From assembly GCA_030616605.1 (NCBI GenBank), contig JAUWWY010000004.1, positions 1,101-65,100 of the forward strand: a stretch of 64,000 nt of DNA, given 5' to 3'. Below, piece after piece: positions 25,095-32,929 of this stretch (positions are counted from its first letter, which is position 1; each line of letters begins with the position of its first letter). The DNA comes from a bacterium (GTDB lineage Bacteria > Patescibacteriota > Minisyncoccia > Minisyncoccales > CG1-02-41-26). The notes beneath the pieces were generated by a model. The model was not told where the DNA came from. It made no database searches and saw nothing but the letters and a program-made list of their open reading frames with translations. The position numbers and the translations under genes were made by a program.

Positions 25095-26356
25095 AATTTA
25101 GCAAACAATTGAAAATCAATAATTTCAGTAGTCAGAAAGGTTTTGTTGCTCTTATTATTTCTATTTTAATTTTAGGAATAATGATAACTATTGGAGTCAG
25201 TATTACTACTTTAATCATAGGTCGTCACCAGATTTCAGCTAACATTCTCAAATCTAATCAAGCTTATTTTGCAGCTGAGGCTGGAATTGAAGATGCTCTT
25301 TTGCGATTGGTAAAAAATATGGATTGGACTTCAACTTCTACTCCTCTAAAAGTTGGTCAAGCCACTTCTACCACCGGGATATCAGAAATTCTTGGTGGGG
25401 CAAGAACCATTACTGCTCAGGGTAATTTTAGGGATGTAATAAGAAGGGTCAGAGCAGTTTATGAAATCTCAACTGAGGAAATCTCTTTTTATTACGGTGC
25501 TCAAGTAGGAGAGGGAGGGATAATAATGGATGACGGAAGCACTATAGATGGTAATGTTTTTTCAAATGGTAATATTGAAGGTACGGGCAACCCTGAAATT
25601 ACTGGGACAGCTAAGGTAGCAAAAACCGGAAATTATATTGATGGGATTACGATTGGAGAAGACGCTTTAGTAGATATTTGCAAAAATTCTAATATTTCAG
25701 ATACTTTAACTTGTGCCAATAACATCAGTTGTAATGCTTCTTTTATAGAGCCCCTGACCGAAGAAATTGCCACTGGCACTATGACTATTTCTCAAGAACA
25801 GATTAATAAATGGAAAAACGATGCCTCTTCAACTATTTTTACAGGAGATTACGTTTTAAAAGGACAAGACCAAGTTTTTCTGGGACTCCAAAAAATTGAA
25901 GGGAATTTAATTCTTCAAGACAAAGCTAAACTTTATAGTACCGGAACTATTTGGGTTACTGGTAATATTACTGCCACAAATACTGCCGAAATAAGATTAG
26001 ATAAAGATAGTTTCGGTTCTCTTAGTGGAGTAATTATCAGTGACGGCATAATTACTCTCAAGGATTCCGGAAAAGCTTTAGGAACTGGAGAACCTGGAAG
26101 TTATCTTTTACTTATTTCTACTGTTCCTGGCGAGCCAGCTATTACCATCCAAAATTCAGTTGAAGCAGATATTCTCTATGCTCAAAATGGCTGGATTGTG
26201 GTTCAGGACACTGCTGATGTAAGGGAAGTTGGTGGATACGGAATTCATTTAAAAAATAATGCTAAAATTATCTATGATATAGGCCTTGAAGACGCATCTT
26301 TTTCTTCGGGTCCTGGTGGCTCTTGGCAAGTAACAAGTTGGGAAGAGATAGAGTAA
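25091..26356 (+). CDS. large pilin-like protein (PilX/tip-type candidate)
   Basis: 'SQKG|FVALIISILILGIMITIG' N-terminus, then 'QAYFAAEAGIEDAL' (PilX-N-like) and a Gly/Asn/Thr-rich beta-helix-like region. Confidence 0.55.
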   Translation: MKFSKQLKINNFSSQKGFVALIISILILGIMITIGVSITTLIIGRHQISANILKSNQAYFAAEAGIEDALLRLVKNMDWTSTSTPLKVGQATSTTGISEILGGARTITAQGNFRDVIRRVRAVYEISTEEISFYYGAQVGEGGIIMDDGSTIDGNVFSNGNIEGTGNPEITGTAKVAKTGNYIDGITIGEDALVDICKNSNISDTLTCANNISCNASFIEPLTEEIATGTMTISQEQINKWKNDASSTIFTGDYVLKGQDQVFLGLQKIEGNLILQDKAKLYSTGTIWVTGNITATNTAEIRLDKDSFGSLSGVIISDGIITLKDSGKALGTGEPGSYLLLISTVPGEPAITIQNSVEADILYAQNGWIVVQDTADVREVGGYGIHLKNNAKIIYDIGLEDASFSSGPGGSWQVTSWEEIE

Positions 26357-26360
26357 ATGC

Positions 26361-26535
26361 TATAATTGCAAGTGAGGAAGAAAAAGAAGAATTCATTCTT
26401 CTTTTTCGACCGAACGAACAATTAGCTAAGCGAAGCGAAAGCATAATTACAAGTGAAGAAGAAATTCAAGAATTTATTCTTGAATTTCGACCGAACGAAG
26501 TAATTAGAAGGTTCTGCGAGCGAAGCGAGCAGGTT
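26361..26535 (+). repeat. modular intergenic repeat family, locus 2 (two tandem units)
   Basis: Unit 1 is TATAATTGCAAGTGAGGAAG, hairpin AAGAAGAAT-tc-ATTCTTCTT, then TTCGACCGAACGAAC... Unit 2 is nearly identical to locus 1 unit 1 and ends CAGGTTCTTATAAT, 12 nt before the pilM ATG. Confidence 0.8.
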
Positions 26536-26551
26536 CTTATAATTGTAATAT

Positions 26552-27610
26552 ATGTTCAACATCATATCTCAAAAAACTGAAGCTTTTGGTCTTGACATTT
26601 CAGACCTTTCCTTAAAGATAATTAAACTTGATAAAGCCAAATTAACTTCTTTTGGAGAAACAAAAATACCTCTAGGGATTATTAAGGAAGGAGAAGTAAG
26701 GGATAAAGAAAAGTTGTCTCAGATTATTGAAAAGGCAGTCAAGGAAGTTAAAGGAAAAAGATTAAAAAGTAAATACGTAATTCTGTCTCTGCCAGAAGAA
26801 AAATCTTTTTTAGATGTTTTTCAGATACCTTTAATGAAAAAAGAAGAGGTTGAATCAGCAGTGAGATTTGAAGCTGAAAACCATATTCCTATTCCTTTAG
26901 ATGAAGTCTATTTTGATTTTAAACAGATTCAATCAATTTTTAATCAAAAAAAATATCAGGAAGTTTTAATTAGTGCCTGTCCAAAGAAAATTGTTGATTC
27001 TTATGTTGAAGCAGCCAAAGGAGCAGGACTTCAACCCCGAGCATTAGAGATTGAATGTTTAGCAATTATCCGGGCTTTAATCAAAAAAGAAATTTCCAGC
27101 CGTCCTCTATTAATAATTGATTTCGGAGGAACCAGAACAACTTTTATTATATTTTCGGGAAAAAGTTTGCGATTTACCTCAACTATCCCTGTTTCCTCTC
27201 AAAAATTAACTGAAAGTATTTCCAAAAATTTAAATCTTGATTTAGTCAAAGCCGAGAAATTAAAAATAGAGCAGGGCCTTGAAGGAAAAAAAGAAGTATT
27301 TGAGGCAATGATTCCCTTTTTAACTGATTTGATTGAACAAATAAAAACTCATTTGGATTATTATCAATCCCACGAAAAAAAAGAGGAAATTAAACATTAT
27401 GGCAAAGAAGTAAAAAAAATCTTACTCTGTGGCGGGGGAGCAAATCTTAAAGGTCTTATTAATTTTTTGGAAGGAAAACTTAAATTGGAAGTTGAATTAG
27501 GCAATCCCTGGTCTAATATTTTAAAAGAACCATTAAGAGAAGTTCCGGAAATGAGTTTTAAAAAATCTCTTGGTTACACAACAGCCTTAGGTTTGGCTCT
27601 AAGAGGATGA
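26552..27610 (+). CDS. pilM: type IV pilus assembly protein PilM (actin-like ATPase fold)
   Basis: 'GLDISDLSLKIIKL', 'IIDFGGTRTTFIIF' and 'ILLCGGGANLKGL' motifs. Confidence 0.8.
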   Translation: MFNIISQKTEAFGLDISDLSLKIIKLDKAKLTSFGETKIPLGIIKEGEVRDKEKLSQIIEKAVKEVKGKRLKSKYVILSLPEEKSFLDVFQIPLMKKEEVESAVRFEAENHIPIPLDEVYFDFKQIQSIFNQKKYQEVLISACPKKIVDSYVEAAKGAGLQPRALEIECLAIIRALIKKEISSRPLLIIDFGGTRTTFIIFSGKSLRFTSTIPVSSQKLTESISKNLNLDLVKAEKLKIEQGLEGKKEVFEAMIPFLTDLIEQIKTHLDYYQSHEKKEEIKHYGKEVKKILLCGGGANLKGLINFLEGKLKLEVELGNPWSNILKEPLREVPEMSFKKSLGYTTALGLALRG

Positions 27611-27611
27611 T

Positions 27612-28166
27612 ATGTTTATTAATCTTTTACCGCAAAAACAAAAAAGAGAATTAAAAGAAGAGGAAATTTGGAAAAGGGTTTTTATAATTTTGATTTTTAT
27701 TTTAATTTTTATTATTTTTTTAATTTTAATTTTATATTCTCTCAAACTCTATATAATTTCAAAAAATGAATCTTTAAAAACCGTTTTAGAGCAGAAAGAA
27801 GAAGAACTTAACGATCCTCAATTTCAGAATTTCAAAAAACTAATTATTGAAACCAACCAAGAACTTTCTAAAACTCAGCAATTTTGGCAGGAGCAAATTT
27901 TAGTTATCCCTTTTTTTGAGAAAATTTCTGCTCTAACCCCAGAATCAATCTATTTTAAAAGCTTTTCTTTTCAAAAAATTTCTCAAGAAATTACTTTTGC
28001 TCAAATCCATTTGTCAGGTTGGGCAGCAAACCGAGAGGATTTGTTTTATTTTAGAGAGGAGCTTAAAAAAGAAGAAAGTTTCAAAGAGATTAGTTTTTTG
28101 CCAAGCTCCTGGATAGAATCTACCAATGTTAATTTTTCCTTAAGTTTTAAATATGATTTCAAGTGA
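27612..28166 (+). CDS. pilN: PilN-like pilus assembly protein
   Basis: 'MFINLLPQKQK' start, single TM, coiled coil. Follows pilM. Confidence 0.65.
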   Translation: MFINLLPQKQKRELKEEEIWKRVFIILIFILIFIIFLILILYSLKLYIISKNESLKTVLEQKEEELNDPQFQNFKKLIIETNQELSKTQQFWQEQILVIPFFEKISALTPESIYFKSFSFQKISQEITFAQIHLSGWAANREDLFYFREELKKEESFKEISFLPSSWIESTNVNFSLSFKYDFK

Positions 28167-28728
28167 GAACAAAATTTACCTTATTCTAATTGTTTGGATG
28201 ATAATCTTTGGTCTTTTGTTAAGATTTGGCATTTTCTCTTTGGCAAAAGAATTAAATAGGACTTCTGAAGAGTTTGCTTTTCAGAAAAAAGCCTTGGAGT
28301 TATTTCAACTTCGAGTTGAAGATTTTAAAAATTTCCAAAAAAATTATTCTTTTTATCAAACAATCATTAAAAAAATAGAGAATTCTTTTGTTAATCAGGA
28401 AGCACCTGTTAATTTTATTAAATTTTTGGAAGAAGAAGCGGAAAATTTAAACCTCTCAAAAGAAATCTCTCCCTTAAGTATTCCTCAAAGAGAAACTGAT
28501 CCCTGGCTTCCGGTCGCTTTTTCAGCGGCTTTAGGTGGCCCTTTTTCAGATTGCTTGAAATTCTTGGAAAGATTAGAACAAAGTCATTGGCTGATTGAAA
28601 TTTCCCAATTAAACATTAAAAGAATAGAAAAAGAAAAGGGGAAGCAAAAATTTGAAGGTCTTTCTCCAGGAGAAGTTACTTTTGATATTACTTTAAAAAC
28701 TTTCTCAACTGAGAAAGTAGAGGATTAA
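28153..28728 (+). CDS. PilO-like pilus assembly protein
   Basis: Single TM plus coiled coil. Called mainly from position after pilN. Confidence 0.45.
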   Translation: MISSENKIYLILIVWMIIFGLLLRFGIFSLAKELNRTSEEFAFQKKALELFQLRVEDFKNFQKNYSFYQTIIKKIENSFVNQEAPVNFIKFLEEEAENLNLSKEISPLSIPQRETDPWLPVAFSAALGGPFSDCLKFLERLEQSHWLIEISQLNIKRIEKEKGKQKFEGLSPGEVTFDITLKTFSTEKVED

Positions 28729-28729
28729 G

Positions 28730-29038
28730 ATGGATATAAAAATTGATAAAATTAAAAAACTTTTAATTAAACTTTTAAACAAGTTCTGGCATAATTTGTT
28801 TTTAATACTGATTTTTCTTTTGCTCTTGGATTTAATTTTGGGAGGAATTTTCTTTCAGAAATTTTATCTGGGAGCTCGAGAAAAAGAACCCCAAATAATT
28901 CTCCCCTTAAAGATTAATCAAGTTTTATTAGAAAAATTTTCTTTCCAGTATTCAAAAAGAGAATCTATTTTTAAAGAAAGCGAAGAAAAAGAGTATCCCG
29001 ATCCTTTTCAAGGAATAATCGCTGAAGAAATTGACTAA
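28730..29038 (+). CDS. hypothetical single-pass membrane protein (last gene of pilus cluster)
   Basis: ORF with one TM helix. No recognised family. Confidence 0.4.
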   Translation: MDIKIDKIKKLLIKLLNKFWHNLFLILIFLLLLDLILGGIFFQKFYLGAREKEPQIILPLKINQVLLEKFSFQYSKRESIFKESEEKEYPDPFQGIIAEEID

Positions 29039-29072
29039 AGGGAAATTTTAGGGTAAGATTCTTATTTGTCTG

Positions 29073-29146
29073 TCCCCATGGCTTAATTGGATAGAGCAAC
29101 TGCCTTCTAAGCAGTAGATTCCAGGTTCGAATCCTGGTGGGGACAC
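29073..29146 (+). tRNA. tRNA-Arg (anticodon TCT)
   Basis: Hand fold. Acceptor GTCCCCA/TGGGGAC, anticodon arm ACTGC-CTTCTAA-GCAGT, T arm CCAGG-TTCGAAT-CCTGG. Confidence 0.85.
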
Positions 29147-29152
29147 ATTGTG

Positions 29153-29226
29153 GTGGTCGTAGCTCAATTGGTAGAGCGCTTCGCTGTGGCCGAAGCGGTT
29201 GCCGGTTCAAATCCGGTCGGCCACCC
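29153..29226 (+). tRNA. tRNA-His (anticodon GTG) with genome-encoded G-1
   Basis: Acceptor GTGGTCG/CGGCCAC preceded by an extra G opposite C73. Anticodon arm CTTCG-CTGTGGC-CGAAG. Confidence 0.85.
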
Positions 29227-29269
29227 AAATTTTTGCACCTTTCATCAACCAATAAAAAAAAGGGAAAAT

Positions 29270-29398
29270 ATGGAATTTGGAGAGTTTAATCAGAATCCAG
29301 GATTGCTGCTCACAGTAATAGGATGTATTTTATTCGCTATCTTCTTTGTGGGTCTTTTCTTTATCATTATACGGGGCATAATGCAACGTCGGCAATAG
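29270..29398 (+). CDS. possible 42-aa membrane peptide
   Basis: Internal ATG of ORF 29150..29398 downstream of the tRNAs. 'LLLTVIGCILFAIFFVGLFFIII' is one TM helix. No homology evidence. Confidence 0.3.
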   Translation: MEFGEFNQNPGLLLTVIGCILFAIFFVGLFFIIIRGIMQRRQ

Positions 29399-29495
29399 TA
29401 GGCCAGTTAGGTCAATGAATTTATGATCTACAATGGGTGTCTAAATAGGTGCCCCTTTTTGTTTCTATTATTGACAGTTCTCAATTATCTAAAAA

Positions 29496-29527
29496 AGCTC
29501 TACAACTGAAATCATAATTGTAGAGCT
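29496..29527. terminator. bidirectional terminator (AGCTCTACAA ... TTGTAGAGCT)
   Basis: 10-bp stem flanked by an A-run and a T-run. Sits just beyond the htrA stop. Confidence 0.7.
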
Positions 29528-29535
29528 TTTTATTT

Positions 29536-30600
29536 TTATCTTCTTTCACCAAGGACAGTTTTTAGGAATTTCTTTTTTCCGTTTCTTAAAATTTTCAAGG
29601 ATATTTTTTGTCCAACTTGGAACTGGACCAAAATTTCCGAGAGGGATTGTTCAGGGCTAATCTTCTTATTTCCTATTTCTAAGATTATATCTGATTCTTT
29701 TAAACCAGCCCTATCAGCTGGACCCCCGGGGACTACCGCCTCTTTGATGCCGGATTGAACCTCAGGTTCTGAAATTACCAGAACCCCAAAATCTATTGGG
29801 AGATTAAATTTTTCTTTTAAATCTTTAGTTATTGGAACATATCTTACGCCCAAAAATGGCTGGCGAATTCTACCGTATTTTTTTAATTCTTCTAAATCCT
29901 TTTTGGCATTGTTAATCGGCAGGGCAAAACCAATGTTTTCTGCTCCAAAAACCATAGCCACGTTTATCCCAATGGCTTTCCCTTCAGCATTGATTAGAGG
30001 ACCGCCGGAATTACCAGGATTAATAGCTGCATCAGTTTGAATTAATCCCCGCAATCTTGTTCTCTCCTGGGTAACATGGCTTTGAGCGGTAATCACTCGG
30101 CTTAAACCAGAAACAACGCCTGTTGAAACTGTATTTTGAAAAAGTCCCAAAGCATTGCCAATAGCAATTACTGTTTGACCCAATTCAAGTTTTGAAGAGT
30201 CACCCAGCTCGACAAAGGGGAAAGCAGTTTTAGTTTGTTCCGAAGAGATTTTTAAAATAGCAACATCATTTATTGCATCCCGAGCTAAAATTTCCGGCTT
30301 TAGTTTTTCTCCACTTTGCAAAACAACAAGATATTCTGCTTTTGTGTCCTCAATTACATGGCGGTTGGTTAAAACCATTCCTGACTTATTAATAATAAAA
30401 CCAGAACCGCCCCCTATTTTTACCTTTTTCTTTTTTCGTTGTCCAAAAAATTGAGGTCCAAAAAATGGAGGACCAAAGAATTCCTGACCAAAAAAATTAG
30501 AAGGCGATTCAGAAAACTCTAAATATTTTGAACAGGTAATATTAACAATAGCCGGCAGAACCTTTTTAACTATTTTAACAATTGGAGACTTTTCTTGCAT
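29536..30600 (-). CDS. htrA: HtrA/DegP family serine protease with PDZ domain
   Basis: 'TNRHV', 'DVAILK' and 'GNSGGPLIN' catalytic triad contexts. C-terminal PDZ ('GPADRAGLKESDIILEIG'). Confidence 0.9.
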   Translation of the reverse strand: MQEKSPIVKIVKKVLPAIVNITCSKYLEFSESPSNFFGQEFFGPPFFGPQFFGQRKKKKVKIGGGSGFIINKSGMVLTNRHVIEDTKAEYLVVLQSGEKLKPEILARDAINDVAILKISSEQTKTAFPFVELGDSSKLELGQTVIAIGNALGLFQNTVSTGVVSGLSRVITAQSHVTQERTRLRGLIQTDAAINPGNSGGPLINAEGKAIGINVAMVFGAENIGFALPINNAKKDLEELKKYGRIRQPFLGVRYVPITKDLKEKFNLPIDFGVLVISEPEVQSGIKEAVVPGGPADRAGLKESDIILEIGNKKISPEQSLSEILVQFQVGQKISLKILRNGKKKFLKTVLGERR

Positions 30601-30633
30601 ATATTTCTATTTTAACATAAAATAATCTAAATT

Positions 30634-30705
30634 GCCCCTGTAGTTCAATGGATAGAACAAGAACCTCCTAAGTTCTAGATATAGGTTCGACTCCTATCAG
30701 GGGCA
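30634..30705 (+). tRNA. tRNA-Arg (anticodon CCT)
   Basis: Acceptor GCCCCTG/CAGGGGC, anticodon arm AGAAC-CTCCTAA-GTTCT, T arm ATAGG-TTCGACT-CCTAT. Confidence 0.85.
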
Positions 30706-30726
30706 CAATTTAGATACACTTTTTCC

Positions 30727-30755
30727 TTGACATCTAGTAATCTATGTGTTAAGAT
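30727..30755 (+). promoter_or_regulatory. sigma-70-type promoter (TTGACA-17 nt-TAAGAT) ahead of the G+C-rich gene
   Basis: Read directly. AT-rich, host-like sequence. Confidence 0.45.
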
Positions 30756-30835
30756 AAATTGTTTTCAAAAATGAAAGCTCTTACTAGAATAGTCCTAGTA
30801 CGAAACAGCACTTTAACAGAAAGGAAGAATATCTA

Positions 30836-31762
30836 ATGGAGATAAAGAAAATCGCATTTGCCTGTTTCATCGGCGGCGCATTCTGCTGTGCAGTTGCACT
30901 GCTGTTTGCACCCGTCTACTGGTGGTTCGGTCTTATCGCGGGATTCGCGGGTGGCTACATTAGCTACGAGTTCCGCGAAGTCCGCAGAGCGGTTCCAATC
31001 GCTCTACGCGCCGCCAGAAAGGGAAGTATGAGTGCGTGGGAGAATACACTCACGAAAGCGCAAGTATGGTTCTCTCGGCCTCACCCTTTTTTCTATCCGT
31101 CGGCGATCGTGGTCGCCCCGCTATTCGTGTGGGGTTCGTATTACATTGTCCCGTGGGGTGTGCATGAACTGGGAGAGGCATCGCTCTTTCTCAAAATCTT
31201 CATTACCCCCATCTTCTTCGTCGAAGTGGCATTCTGCTTTTTCGTCCTCGCATGGATAGTTCTTGTTCCGCTTTTTACTTTCGCATTCATCGGTGCGAGA
31301 GCTGGTGAGCGGTGCTACTGGCAACCTTTCGTGATGGTTGGGGACAAAGAAGTGGAAGCGCACATTCAGAAGTTGGAGGAGAAAGGGTACCGAGAAAAAC
31401 GGCTGACCTACCTGAACGTTCTGCGTTGGATGGTGATCGGTCTCAGGATTACCATTTTCTTCTTCGTCTGGACAATGTGGAAGCATTTCGCCATTGGTGC
31501 CTGGGCAATACTTCGCTTCTTCGCTCGGTTCATTTGGCATCTTTTCAGATTGATCCATTCAGAGAAGCGGGTGCTCTGCGCTATCGATGGGACGTTCGGC
31601 GGTGCCGTGAGCTACATTTGGCTTGTCTCGGCGTCCATGTCGTTCGCGGAGCAGGCAATGCTCGTGATCTTCGGTGGACTCCTCGGTGCAGCATTCGGCG
31701 TCGCGAACTGGGAAATCGTCTCCAAGCGAATCCTTCATGTCGTACCAACAAACGGTACATAA
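30836..31762 (+). CDS. multi-pass membrane protein of unknown function on a G+C-rich islet
   Basis: 308-aa ORF with at least 6 hydrophobic segments. Composition is strikingly different from the flanks. The overlapping ORFs in other frames are by-products of high G+C. Confidence 0.7.
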   Translation: MEIKKIAFACFIGGAFCCAVALLFAPVYWWFGLIAGFAGGYISYEFREVRRAVPIALRAARKGSMSAWENTLTKAQVWFSRPHPFFYPSAIVVAPLFVWGSYYIVPWGVHELGEASLFLKIFITPIFFVEVAFCFFVLAWIVLVPLFTFAFIGARAGERCYWQPFVMVGDKEVEAHIQKLEEKGYREKRLTYLNVLRWMVIGLRITIFFFVWTMWKHFAIGAWAILRFFARFIWHLFRLIHSEKRVLCAIDGTFGGAVSYIWLVSASMSFAEQAMLVIFGGLLGAAFGVANWEIVSKRILHVVPTNGT

Positions 31763-31770
31763 CTATCATA

Positions 31771-31818
31771 CCGGTGGTCTTGCAAGATTCTTTAAGAATT
31801 ACAGACCACCGGTTTTTA
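31771..31818 (+). terminator. rho-independent terminator (CCGGTGGTCT ... AGACCACCGG + TTTTT)
   Basis: Read directly, 9 nt after the stop at 31762. Confidence 0.7.
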
Positions 31819-31872
31819 TTTAAAGAAGGAAAGAATTTGCCGCCAAAGAAAAACTTGAAATTGTTAAAGAAA

Positions 31873-31905
31873 CACGGCTCGCCCCATTAAACCGGGCGAG
31901 CCGTG
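31873..31905 (-). terminator. GC-rich hairpin downstream of trpS (CACGGCTCGCCC ... GGGCGAGCCGTG)
   Basis: 12-bp stem. On the minus strand it follows the trpS stop (31927) and precedes TTTCTTT. Confidence 0.6.
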
Positions 31906-31926
31906 TAATCAGGTGGGTTTACCTTT

Positions 31927-32925
31927 CTAAAAAGATGACAGGCCCATTTTTTTTCTGACATTTTTCATTGTTTTTTCAGCAATAACCTGGGCTCTTTTTC
32001 TTCCGTCTTCTAAGGTTTTCTCTAAAAAAGCTTGATTAAGTTCAAACTCTTTTTTCTTTCTCCTGAAAGGTTCAAGTTTCTTAATTAAGAGCTGGGCTAA
32101 TTTTTCTTTGAAAATTTGATAACCTTTGCCTTTAAATTCTTTTTCAATTTCCTTAATTGTTCTTCCAGAAAACAAATTGTAAATAGTTAAAAGATTTGAG
32201 ATACCAGGCTTTTTTGAGAGATTATATTTAATTTCTTTTCCAGGGTCAGTTACCGCTGTCATTATTTTTTCTCTAATAATTTTGGGGTTATCGAATAAAT
32301 AGAGACAACTTTTTGGAAATGATTTTGACATTTTTTTCTTGGGTTCGGTTAAAGCCATAATTTTAGCTCCGATTTCCGTAATTAAAGCCTTGGGTTCTAT
32401 AAAAATCGGGCCGGCGGGTGGGTAACGTCCAAATCTCTGATTAAATTTTCTAGCAATTGTTCTAGTTAATTCAAGATGCTGGAGTTGGTCTTTTCCTACG
32501 GGAACAAGATTTGTCTGATAAAGCAAAATATCAGCCGCCTGTAAAACCGGATAATTTAAAAGGCCGGCATTAACATTTTTTTTAAATTGTTTCGTTTTTG
32601 TCTTATATTGAGTCATTCTTTCAAGTTCAGCCACCGGAGTAATAGTATTTAAGAGCCAGGTCAGTTCAGTGTGTTCCTTAACCTGAGATTGGACAAAGAT
32701 GATACATTTTTTTGGGTCAAGCCCTACTGCTAAGAGCTCGGCGGCTAATTCAAAAATGTCTTTTTGAAGAGTTTTTGGTTCGCGAAGAACAGTTAGGGCG
32801 TGTAAATCAGCAATAAAAAAAACACACTCCTTTTTCTCTTGAAGTTCAATCCAGTGTTTAATTGCCCCTAAATAACTTCCAATATGAATTAAGCCAGTTG
32901 GCTGTATACCTGATAGAACTCGCAT
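31927..32925 (-). CDS. trpS: tryptophan--tRNA ligase
   Basis: 'SGIQPTGLIHIGSYLGA' (HIGH-type), 'KMSKS', and size typical of TrpRS. Confidence 0.95.
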   Translation of the reverse strand: MRVLSGIQPTGLIHIGSYLGAIKHWIELQEKKECVFFIADLHALTVLREPKTLQKDIFELAAELLAVGLDPKKCIIFVQSQVKEHTELTWLLNTITPVAELERMTQYKTKTKQFKKNVNAGLLNYPVLQAADILLYQTNLVPVGKDQLQHLELTRTIARKFNQRFGRYPPAGPIFIEPKALITEIGAKIMALTEPKKKMSKSFPKSCLYLFDNPKIIREKIMTAVTDPGKEIKYNLSKKPGISNLLTIYNLFSGRTIKEIEKEFKGKGYQIFKEKLAQLLIKKLEPFRRKKKEFELNQAFLEKTLEDGRKRAQVIAEKTMKNVRKKMGLSSF

Positions 32926-32929
32926 AATT

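Noticed and set aside
28971-29398. ORFs 28971..29252(-) and the N-terminal part of 29150..29398(+)
   Set aside because: They run across tRNA-Arg(TCT) and tRNA-His. Only the distal 42 codons (29270..29398) are kept, as a low-confidence small ORF.
31032-31890. ORFs 31032..31259(+), 31121..31558(-), 31312..31890(+) and 31581..31769(-)
   Set aside because: They are Arg/Pro/Ser-rich alternative-frame ORFs typical of G+C-rich DNA. All overlap the 308-aa membrane-protein ORF, which has a proper RBS and hydrophobic periodicity.
30634-31920. Direct repeat of the tRNA-Arg(CCT) 3' end marking the far boundary of the G+C-rich islet
   Set aside because: I looked for GGTTCGACTCCTATCAGGGGCA-like sequence after 31762 and found only a trivial resemblance (AATCAGGTGGG at about 31908). 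That is not enough to claim an att duplication.
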